Shown: positions 12,003 through 22,899 of the stretch, one piece after another
Layout: each line of letters starts with the position of its first letter
How positions within the stretch are numbered: the stretch's first letter is position 1
NCBI RefSeq assembly: GCF_001194135.2
Contig: NC_068982.1
Coordinates: 82,566,863-82,605,611 of the forward strand
Direction of reading: 5' to 3'
Source of the DNA: Octopus bimaculoides
Taxonomy: Eukaryota
DNA: 38,749 nt
The notes under the pieces: model-generated
The model's database searches: none
What the model saw: the letters and a program-made list of their open reading frames with translations, nothing else
Told to the model about the DNA's origin: nothing
Position numbers and translations under genes: made by a program

Positions 12003-13915
12003 ACGTTCATATTTAGACGTGTTCTGTATTTTTCGATGAATAAATTTTCTTTATTTAAACGTTCTTATGCAGAAATTGTTTCTTTGCAATGGTAAATGGG
12101 GAAAACTGTGAAGTCTGGTTGGATATTACCTGCACATCTCTCTATGTATTCACTCAAAGGAATCTGTCTGTAATGAGGGAACCAGATCTGTTCCTTATGT
12201 AGTGCGGTTCTCCGTCTAAGTGTCATACTTGTTGTCCTATACAGTTATGTCCACAACCTGAACAAGTTATAAAATAAATTAGATTCTCGGAAGCACAAGT
12301 GAAGTTGGTTTTAATTGTGAACCTCTTTCCTTGTTTGAATAGGAATTCTGAGCCTTCCAGTAGGTTGGGCATGTTCCACAGTCTGGGCGTCCACATCTTT
12401 TAACTGTTGGTTTCGCGGTTGTTGTGTAAAGTTTCGTATTTGTTAGAAGTTTTTTCAGTGGTTTGTGTTGCTTTTTGCATTTGATGAATTTATGTGTTTT
12501 CAGAATGTTGTGCAGTTTTGGATCCCTAGTAAGCATTGGTAGATTTTACACAAGGGCGTTATATGCTTCATTGTTTCTAGGGTTGTGAGTTGATATATAT
12601 GTAGGGTTTTGAGATGACTTGTGGTGCTACGTTTTGTTGCACTTAGTGTTTTGATGCTTAATTTCTTGGCATGCTTAATTCCATCGTCTATAAGTGAGGG
12701 TAGATATTGTTTTACGGTTAGTGCTGTTCTGAGGTCTTGAAGACGGATGTCCCAAGTATTTCCATCAGACACTATTGTGCAAAACTTTCTTGCTAAATTA
12801 AATGGGATATTTCTTTTTATGTGTATCGCGTGGCATGAGCTAAACAGGAGATACTGCTTCGAATCCGTTGGTTTATGATAAATGTCAGTTACAATTTGGT
12901 TGTTGACTTTTTTATCGTAATATCTAAGGGAGCTGTTCTTTGATATATTCCATTGTAAATTGAATGTTAGAGTTTATTATTTAGTATTGATTTAAATTCC
13001 AAAAGTTTATGAATGGTCTCATTCCAAACGATAAAGCAATCATCCAGATATCTTTTCCAGTTCTCATATAATGATGAAATGGATATCCATATTTTTGCAG
13101 TAATAGTTCATACATGGTGAATTCAAAATATCCCATTATTAGGTTCGCAAGAATAGGAGCTGCTTTCGTGCCCATCGCAATTTCATATTTTTTACGATAG
13201 TCGGTTTCGTCAAATAGGAAATAATTGTTCTGAAGTATAAATCTTAAAGTTTCCATAATAAAAATCTGGTTTATGCGTTCCGGAAGTACTTCGGGTACTT
13301 TTCTAGCCAGAATTTTATTGCTTCTTTACCATAGTTATGTGGGATGTTGGTGTAGAGATTAATAACATCGAAGGAAACTAATAATATCTGTTCATTAGTT
13401 GTTTTTTGGTAGGTGCTCAAGCATGTCTGGATCGTCTCTAATGGAAGTTTTGATGTATTTCAGCAAGGGTCTCAGTAGGATGTCTAGAAAATTGCTGAGG
13501 CGGTGGGTTTTACAGGCTGGGTCAGCGATGATGGGTCTCAACTTTAAATCTTCTGGTGCTAGGATATTTGTGTATTTGCCTGGTAATTGTTTGCAGGTTT
13601 TATTAACTATCTAGCTCTTATGCATTTTAGGTAGGCCGTTAAAAAGACTAGGTTTACATTTAAGGTTCATGATATAATCTATTTCTTGTTCTCTCAGGTC
13701 TTTTTGATGTAGAAGAATTAAGGATGAAAGATTCTCATTGTTTTTTGTCGTTTATAGTTTACAGATTTTTCGTCGAAAATATCGTTTTCTAGCATGGGTA
13801 ATACTAAGATTTTGCAGTATTCTGAGTCCATCAGGACTACGACACTTCCTTTGTCTGCTTCTTTAATTGTCAGTTCTTTGTCGTTTTGTAGTTCACACGA
13901 ACAAAAATCTTCTTA
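12003..13915 (-). mobile_element. Penelope-like element 1 (RT + GIY-YIG), 5' truncated and frameshifted
   Basis: Reads IKEADKGSVVVLMD, VSFDVINLYTNIPH, FILQNNYFLFD...AMGTKAAPILANL, CGRPDCGTC and LIYFITCSGCGHNCIGQ (GIY-YIG), ending ...EKYRTRLN. Confidence 0.9.
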
Positions 13916-13924
13916 AGTAAACAC

Positions 13925-14050
13925 GAATTTACAATGATTTTCATGATTAGCGAAAGCGAAACCGGTCGACAAACAATACTTTTTCACTTATAAAATATAT
14001 TAAAAGATATATTAAAACTATGCAAACTCTGTGCATTTTTCTCCCTTTAT
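13925..14050 (+). mobile_element. Inverted PLE terminal (pLTR) segment with a degenerate hammerhead motif
   Basis: TTTTC-ATGATTA-GC GAAA GC-GAAA-CCGG-TC-GACAA at 13938-13972 directly abuts the 5' truncation of PLE1 in the opposite orientation and runs into (TA)n. Confidence 0.55.
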
Positions 14051-14654
14051 TATATATATATATATATAATACAAATAATAAATGAGTATATGCATATATA
14101 CGTACATGTATGTACATACCTACATCTACATGTATATATAGATGCATATCTGGGTGCAGGGCGTTGCAAGAAAACGTGGACAAAATGGTAAACAGAATAC
14201 AGAAAACAAGACAGGAAAATGAAACAGCGAAAACAAACAAAAAAGGCTATACGGCCAGACGTGAAAGAATATGTGTATACTGAACGCTGTGAAGCAACGA
14301 ACTGGAAGGAAGCGGGTCGAAGAATGTTCGTGTGCGTGCTTGGCGATAGCCAAGATAAAAAGGAAGTAGTTACTGGACACATGTGACCAGCGAGGAGTGA
14401 GGAGAAAGAGTGGTACAGGGAGAAAAAGGGGAGGAAGTAGAATATAGATGAGCAACGAGAGACAGGGAGGAAGAGAGAGGTATAGTAGTAACAGAAGGAA
14501 GAACGAGAGGGGGAGAAAGATACGAAGATAGAGTCGCGTCAGAAATATAAAGTTCAAAACTTACTTGCAGGGATGACGCGTGCGTTCGATCATGTAATAC
14601 AAATATATATGTACGCATATATGTATACATACATGCATACATACACAGCTGCAC

Positions 14655-14810
14655 AGCGAGCGTCTTTCAGTTTCCATCTACCAAATCCACTCACAAGGAT
14701 TTTGTCGGCCCGAGGTTATAGTAGAAGACACCTACCTAAGATACCACGCAGTAGGACTGAACCCGGAACCATGTTGTTGGCTTCTTACCACACAACCACG
14801 CCTGGGCATA
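14655..14810 (-). mobile_element. SINE family A 5' half (tRNA-like head and core)
   Basis: The minus strand has an A-box-like GGCGTGGTTGTGTGGTAAG, a B-box-like GGTTCAGTCC and the same core as the other two copies. Confidence 0.8.
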
Positions 14811-15216
14811 CATACATATATACATTTAATGTATATGTGTTGTTTAAATGCTTTAAAGCTGCGGTATTTCATCCAGAGAAAATTTCTTTAAAGTCATAGA
14901 GTGTTAAAAAACAAAGTAAATCTCCAAACCAGGCGAAGCGAATCTCCCTGGAGGTGAGAGAGAACGGTAAATATAGATATTTCGCTGTTAAGTCTTTAAT
15001 GGAACTTTGCCTGGACGAAATACTGAGGCTAAAAGCGTTTGGACAACACAGAGACATTAAACATGTGACATCGATAACGTTTACATCATTTGAGTTGCTC
15101 TTAAATCAAAATCTGAATTTTGTTTTCCTTGCATGGTGCTGTTGAACGTCCTGAAAAGGATTTTACAAAATCTCTATATACCTTAGACCAGCGATTCGAA
15201 TTTGAGGGTGACTCGA

Positions 15217-15253
<37 letters not shown>

Positions 15254-15923
15254 AGAATACAAGAATAAGGGCAGGGAATCGTCAATTAATAATAGAATTA
15301 ATAATTAACAATTTTGCCAAGTAGTTCAGTATGAAAAAACCTTTATCGGTAAAACCATTTATCATCATAAATATACAGGGATTAGCATTGAGTTGCTTCT
15401 CCAACATACTGAAAATTTAGAAATAGCAGTCAAAGAACTACTGATTCTAAACTACAAATTTTTCTCTAAACGGATGGCGATATTTATGCTTGAAATGTAG
15501 AGAAAGGAAAAATATTTGACAGTTTAGTTTTATCGTGTATACCTGCATATAGAGATGCATATACATGCATATAAAGAGATAGAGAAAAGCACCTATATAT
15601 ACAGTCACTGACAAACATATTTGTGTATGTATGTTTGTGGGGGAGGGGTGTGCGTGTGTGTGTGTGTACATACACGCACACTAACACCTAATTGCAGAAT
15701 ATTACAATATATTATGATACGTTATTAAACAAGAATATCCAATATCTTTGATATATTAAACTATAGTAAATGCAGCCATTATGGGAGCTAAAATATCAGA
15801 GCTTCCTTACTCTAGTTTCATGCAAGTCATGAGTATTATAGCAACCATTGACAATGATCGAATGGAAGATTGGTCAGAAGCTGCAAGAAAATGAGTAAAA
15901 AGCTGTGAAATCTGTAATCCGAG

Positions 15924-15976
<53 letters not shown>

Positions 15977-16177
15977 CGCAGAGACAGAGAGTAAAGAAAT
16001 ATATTTGAAAGGTATTTGAATCCGCAAAGGCCTTTCCGGTAGTTTGTCCTGGAGGAAAATGTTCACGTAAGACGAAACGATAGATATATAGATAGATAGA
16101 AGTTATATACATGCATATATATAATAGTAATAAAACATATGTGCATACATGCATGCACGCACACACAGACACACACA

Positions 16178-16235
<58 letters not shown>

Positions 16236-17117
16236 GTAGTGACGGAGACAATAGTCAGCTCAAAGCGCCACCTATTGAACGGATCGATGCATTTTGAACT
16301 CCTTAGTTCTCCTCAGCTCTATATACCAAGACGGGCAACTCATCTACTCACGAATTTGTTCCAACCTGATGGTCAATGTATGCTATCGGTAGATAATATT
16401 TCCAATACTGACTGATTTCCAATAAAGGAAGCTTCACTTCCTAGTCGTTTCTTCTGATCATGGACAAAATGATAATGAAGGACTGCAAGTTACAGCATTT
16501 TAATCAATACATAGTGTGAATTGATTTCCAAACGGCCTACAATATGGTGGGCCATGCTTTGTTTTGGTGTCACTTAGGATGTTATGCACAGCTGTTTTGA
16601 CAACAAAATCAGTAAACCATGTCCTTGCAGAGTATAGAACTATTTAAACACGCTGTAATAGAACTAGGACCTACTAGAAGAGAAGAAAGCTTACCAAAGC
16701 AGGATAAATCGTGGAAGTCAAAAAGTGCTGAAAGAAATGTAGTTACGAGGAAAGTTCCGCTGAGACATAAAACATTGCAGACAAAACGTAGAAAAGATTC
16801 CGAAAAAAATTAGATTTCAAAGTAGAAATATCAAGAAAATGGGATGCCCACCAACAAACTTAGAAATTGTGTCACATATAATCGAAAAATTGCATTCAGT
16901 CGCCACCAATGTATCAGGCAACATGGAATAGTTAAATATCAAGTGCTCCAAATTTATTTTGTCATTCGAACTTTCTGTCTAAGACCCTTTGTCAAGCTTT
17001 ATTAGTCAACATGAAAATGTAAAAGAGAACAAAAAGCGGTGGTTGATATCCATATTGTACATCGAAATATCTATAAAACAAATACACACACAAACACAAA
17101 CACTAATAATACTCTTT

Positions 17118-17325
17118 TCTACTAAAGGCACAATGCCCGAAATTTGGGGAAGGGGGGTAGTCGATTACATCAACCCTAGTACTCAACTAGTACTTACTTT
17201 ATCGACTCCGAAATGATGAAAGGTAAAGTCGACCTCGGCGTAATTTGAACTCAGAAGAACGTAGCGACGGGTGAAATACCCCTAAGCATTTTGCACAGCG
17301 TACTAACAATTCTGCCAGCTCGCCG
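17118..17325 (-). mobile_element. Octopus-type tRNA-derived SINE (family B)
   Basis: The minus strand reads GGCGAGCTGGCAGAATTGTTAG (A-box-like), GAGTTCAAATTAC (B-box-like), then GAGGTCGACTTTACCTTTCATCATTTCGGAGTCGATAAAGTAAGTACTAG, a central domain of the type shared by many animal SINEs. Confidence 0.8.
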
Positions 17326-18632
17326 TTTTTTAATATAAACGGTATTGTTGGTTATTAGGGTAATTAATTTAGTAAAATCACATAATGACATGCTTAATGC
17401 ATAAACATATGGTTCAAAGAAATATTGAACTCGGTAAAGAGATAGCCGTCAAGGATAAAATATATAAGAAATACTAAATACTGTATAATAAAGAGGTTTC
17501 CCTAGTGAAGATAGTAATGTAATTATATCAATGTTTTCTAGTTGGTTATTCATGCATTTATGAATATATTACACATCATGTTACTAAAACATCATGGAAA
17601 CAGAAAACGACAGAACAAATATGGCAGCAGGTAGGATGTGATGTTGATTATTTAATGTTGCAATTGAAGATTGATGGTGGAGGTAAGTGTGCTTTTCAGT
17701 TGTTAATTGCAGATTAATTGTCAATATGTATTTGCAAGTGTCAGATTAATTTGAAATTACTATATATAGTAGAGAAATAATTTCAGTGAATAGAAGTGAT
17801 TATATGAGGTTATCGCATTCTACGTGTAATTTGAATATAAAACCACTTGGTTAGGTTTGTCGAACAAATGGAAATCTGGTTAAGGGAGGTATTTTAAGAC
17901 CCTAACTTCCTATAAGATAATCATGTCGATGGAATTATTTAAATAACGTTATTTCGGTTTCTAAATAATTAGAAGTCTGGATATCCAAATACATTAAATA
18001 GAAGGAGTATAAAACATTAAGTTTCCAAATATGAAGATAATTTAGAGAACTATGTGACTTTATTGTGGACAGGTGTGGAAAAAGAGGTAAATAATTAAAT
18101 TTAAACAGTTCTATATTACGCTCTACCGATTCTGCCAGAGATTTTCCTTGTTGCTGTAACTTTTTGATTAAACGATGATGCCTAATTAGTGCTTAAAACA
18201 AGACTGGGAAAGAAGCCCTTGCCAGCGACAGTCAACAGATACGTAGTTTTTTATTATTACAACCAAACAATGACCAAAGATACTAATGATTAATGAATTA
18301 AACTCATTTTACTAACACCTTGACCAACAGGCATATTTTTCAGCAGAGAAAACCAAACAGATTTCTTTTTAATCTTTATAAGAATGATTGAGAAATACGT
18401 AGGGACCCTGCTGCGCAAGTAACTAATAGTGAAGTGCCTGCTTATATATTTGATGGCATAAACGTATAAATATAAATTAATTTAAATCATAACTCAGTGT
18501 TGAAAAAAATCATTACCTGAATTATTCTTGTGAAAAAAAAAAACAATCAGGAGGAACAACCCCGAGATTATTATTAAAATATGAAACAGAATGAAGCATG
18601 AGCCTAACATGTTGTAGTACAGTGACACTGAA

Positions 18633-19019
18633 GAGGAAAAAAAAATCTCTTATGGTAAAAGGTGTAAAAATACCATATCTGCCAAGTGTTTCCTCCAGCA
18701 GATCTCCAGACGCGCTTCTCGCTTCTTAAGGTTCCTCAATGATATTTTGAAGTACACCACAATCATATCTAATCTAAAGTTTGTTTATTCTTCTTCACTG
18801 CTTGGTGCTAATACTACTACTTTTATTCTAGCCAGGTGGTCTACAAGCGCAACTCTAATGTCGATTGCTTTTGAATCTGTTCAAGGTTATCTCTCTTCGG
18901 TATTTTCCATTGAGGAAGACTAAAGAGCCAGAAAGGCGTCAGGGAATCCGCTATTTCACTGGGCAGATATGGTGTTTATTATACATCTTTTACTATAAGG
19001 AAGAATATTTTTTCCCTCG
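18633..19019. mobile_element. MITE-like element with ~55 bp imperfect terminal inverted repeats
   Basis: CCATATCTGCCAAGTG (18673-18688) and CACTGGGCAGATATGG (18957-18972) match at 15/16 as inverted repeats. The match extends outward (TTATGGTAAAAGGTGTA vs reverse-complemented TTATAGTAAAAGATGTA). The interior is non-coding. Confidence 0.65.
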
Positions 19020-19122
19020 ATAACTGCAGTGTACTTACCTTTAGAAGTTAAAACATGTCACAAAAATATTTCAACTAACTTAAAGCTCGTTTATTCTTCA
19101 TTATTGCTTGACGCTGATGCTG

Positions 19123-19210
<88 letters not shown>

Positions 19211-20144
19211 GCGTGAGCATGTGTGTGTAAATTCATACTAGATTCAGTCACTAGTCTATAAATCATGCAGAAGTACCATGTTCAAGTACTTTACTCGTCA
19301 TTTTATTGATGATGTTGACAATTTATTCTTGTTATTGTTTGACGGGTAACAATCTAGTATGGATATAATACGTGAAAACATCGATACAGCGTCTACTTAT
19401 ATCATGCAATAAATGTTTACGTTACAATGCTAGATCTCACTAGAACTTTGCAGAGTCTAAGTATTTTCTTTATAATGAAAAACACAAGCTATCTTCGAAA
19501 ATATTCTGGGCCAATTTGGTTTCATCTTTGAAAAGAATCTCCTGCATGCAATATATTGGTAAATATGTGAAGACGACAAAAGTCGCTCACATATGAAATT
19601 CTTCAATTTATGAAATTCATAGCGTTTCAGAATCAAAGCGGCTTCAATTTCAGGAATATAATATATGACGATGTCATAAGGTTTAGCGTAAGATTTTCTT
19701 TGGGAAAAGAACACAAAAAATAACTTCAGTGAGAGTATCTAGTGTATATATATAACAGTGGACGATACGAGAGAAGGTTTCTCTCACCACATAATTTTCT
19801 GTAATAACAACACTATTTACACGGCCTATACATCTAGATGGATCTTTAGGAAATTGGATCGCCTTTACGTCTGAAATTCTTTTAATTTCATAAATTGAAG
19901 AATTTCATATATTTAATAGGAGTGCCGTTTATACGTGTTTGTCAATTTACTGCTGGTGATTCTTTTTGAAGATGAAATCAAATAAATTCAGTCCTAATTT
20001 ACAAGATGTTTCATATTATCTACCATAAAGAAAATATTTACTCTTCACTTAGTTGTAATGAGTTCTGTAACTTTGTAATATAACTTATTATATATGCTGA
20101 AAGTATATTCCACATTAGGTGTATGTATTGTCTATATTTTAAAG

Positions 20145-20180
<36 letters not shown>

Positions 20181-20257
20181 GCGTGTGTATATGCATATAT
20201 GTATGTATGTATGCATGCACACACACATACATATATATATGCACACACACGCACACG

Positions 20258-20319
<62 letters not shown>

Positions 20320-20329
20320 NNNNNNNNNN

Positions 20330-20385
<56 letters not shown>

Positions 20386-21393
20386 CATACATATTTACAA
20401 GTTTACATATATATGCATACTTACATGCACATATATACATATATATATATGAAAAATAGTGAGGAAAGTTTGAAAATGTGGCAAATTTTTATATACATTT
20501 ACAGCTTTTGCTTAAAGAAAACAATTTAATTTTGTTTTTACATACTGGGTAAAGAAGTTTATTCTATGTATTTATTTATATTAAAATAAAAACATAGAAA
20601 TACGTCTTCACGTAAAAAATGTTTTCGTATTATTGTTTAACTGAATATATATTGGTGTATGTATTCACAAGGTAACATTGCCATACATAATACGAGTAAA
20701 AGTGAGAAAAGGAGAGAAGAACAATGATAACATGTTTCTTCGAACCTCTCATATGGAAGGTTTTAATGAATACATTTTTGCGTGTGTTGCGGCCAAAAGT
20801 AGAAAAATGATATTTAACTAACGGCTTTGCGATGATGTTCAGCTTACAAAGTTTTGGAGAATTTTTCCATGACACTTAAGGACCATATGCAAATTACATG
20901 AATAAATAGGCATGTCGCTTATGACATTTCCTAAACACAGGACGTAATTGGTTTGTGCCTTTTACTGCTTTGCCGCTTGTGTAGATTGATTAAAGATATA
21001 TTATGGTTAATATATTCAGAAAATAATATTTCAACTGATATTGAATAAATAAAAGGTATTTTTAATGGAAAGATTTGCAAATAAAATTCCGAAAAAAAAA
21101 AGCACATAAAGTAATAAGTTTCTGTTTTCATAAGAGGAAGGTTTTTCTTGTTGCCAGAAACTGTCACCTTAGTCTTCTCTTTTTTTTTTTTTTTTTTTTT
21201 GAGGTTATTTTAATTGCTGTGTTGGTATCGTTGATCAGTCCTAATCCAATGTGGTGCTAGGTCTCTATTTTAGGTTTGTAGCTCTGTTTCAGTCCACAAA
21301 TGTATTCAGATAATATATATGCAAATTTATAAATGCGCGTGTGTGTGTGTGTGTGCGCGCGCGCGCGAGTGCATAAATATGTATATATATATA

Positions 21394-21622
21394 ATTTATT
21401 TAAAGGGCACAATACATGTATTTAAGTGCTACTAATAGTTACATATGTTGAGAAATACTCGAACATATTCTTCAGGTGCAAACCACATATCATAACGAAG
21501 TAAATAATTTTTTTCAGTTCGTTATGAAATGTGGTTTGTGCCTGAAGAATATGTTTAAGCATTTCTCAACATATGTAGCTATTAGTTGCTCTTAATTACA
21601 TATATTGTGACTTTAAATAAAT
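21394..21622. repeat. Foldback: ~105 bp imperfect inverted arms around an 18 nt loop
   Basis: Arm 21394-21499 is the reverse complement of 21518-21622 with about a dozen differences. Confidence 0.92.
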
Positions 21623-21710
21623 AATATTTATCTCTAGCCAGATGGAGTACCTTTTTGTGGAGTTTTCTATCACGAAACAATACATTTTTTATATGTATGT
21701 ATGTATGTAT

Positions 21711-22028
21711 GGTGGCACCTTGGGCAAGTGTCTTCTGCTATAGCCTCGGGCCGACCAAAGCCTTGTGAGTGGATTTGGTAGACGGAAACTGAAAGAAACC
21801 CGTCGTATATATGTATATATATATATGTAAATGTGTGTGTTTGTGTGTCTGTGTTTGTCCCTCACCATCGCTTGACAACCGATGCTGGTGTGTTTACGTC
21901 CCCGTAACTTAGCGGTTCGGCAAAAGAGACCGATAGAATAAGTACTAGGCTTACAAAGAATAAGTCATGGGGTCGATTTGTTCGACTAAAGGCGGTGCTC
22001 CAGCATGGCCGCAGTCAAATGACTGAAA
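21711..22028 (+). mobile_element. SINE family A, 5' truncated, with the 3' tail running into an N gap
   Basis: GGCACCTTGGGCAAGTGTCTTCTGCTATAGCCTCGGGCCGACCAAAGCCTTGTGAGTGGATTTGG...GGCGGTGCTCCAGCATGGCCGCAGTCAAATGACTGAAA. Confidence 0.9.
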
Positions 22029-22235
22029 NNNNNNNNNNNNNNNNNNNNNNNNNNNNNNNNNNNNNNNNNNNNNNNNNNNNNNNNNNNNNNNNNNNNNNNN
22101 NNNNNNNNNNNNNNNNNNNNNNNNNNNNNNNNNNNNNNNNNNNNNNNNNNNNNNNNNNNNNNNNNNNNNNNNNNNNNNNNNNNNNNNNNNNNNNNNNNNN
22201 NNNNNNNNNNNNNNNNNATATATATATATATATAA

Positions 22236-22830
22236 AGAAATTGAGTCCAGAATCGGGAAGACTAGCTCCGCTTTCGGTAGGCTTTATCGCAGGCGTTGGA
22301 ACAGCTATGACGTATAGTTGAAGGTAAAAGTCAATGTATATAAATGGTATTAACAACATTGGTTTATGGTGCTGAATCTTGAACTCTGTACCGAAAGCAC
22401 ATTAACCAGCTTGACACTTTTCATATGCCATGCTTGCGTACTATCTCCAACATAAAACCAAATGACCATATTAATAACAGTGAGGTACTAACAAAATGCA
22501 ACATGTCAGGTATTAAACCCATTCTCATCCAAATACAGCTTAGATGGTCAGGTCATCTCTCACGTATGAGTGATAGCAGAATTCCGAAACAACTTCTCTT
22601 TGGCCAATTCCCAACAGAAAGATCAGTTGGAAGGCCACTCTTGCGCTTCAATAACAAACCTAATGACAATCTGCAGTGATACAACATTCCCTTTTCTTCC
22701 AGCTAAAACAAAACATCAGAACGCAGGACCTGGTGTCAGGTCCTGCGTTCAAAGATTTGAACAAAGTCGACTCCAGCAACGGGACCTACTTCGTGCAAGC
22801 ACCAAAACAAAGCCACCAAAACAAACGAAA
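22236..22830 (+). mobile_element. RTE (BovB-like) LINE 3' fragment
   Basis: Reads EIESRIGKTSSAFGRL...VY..LVYGAESW..HINQLDTFHMPCLR...QLRWSGHLSRMSDSRIPKQLLFG...VGRPLLRF...VRSCVQRFEQSRL. Confidence 0.85.
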
Positions 22831-22899
22831 AGATACAACAATCCAAAATCACAAACATATTGGACTCCCAGACATCCACATAAACCCTACCAAACACAA

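Noticed and set aside
14876-15150. Possible exon between a CAG acceptor and a GAG|GTGAGA donor, and 62-63 aa ORFs
   Set aside because: All three frames between the splice-like sites contain stops and no homology was recognised.
16264-16277. CTCF-like motif (reverse complement CAATAGGTGGCGCT)
   Set aside because: A single partial motif match has little specificity without ChIP or conservation data.
16619-16813. 64 aa basic ORF after a TTGCAG acceptor-like site
   Set aside because: There is no recognisable family and the length is compatible with chance.
19562-19596. Small bulged hairpin ATATGTGA..CGAC AAAA GTCG..TCACATAT
   Set aside because: It is too short for a pre-miRNA and such hairpins are expected by chance in AT-rich DNA.
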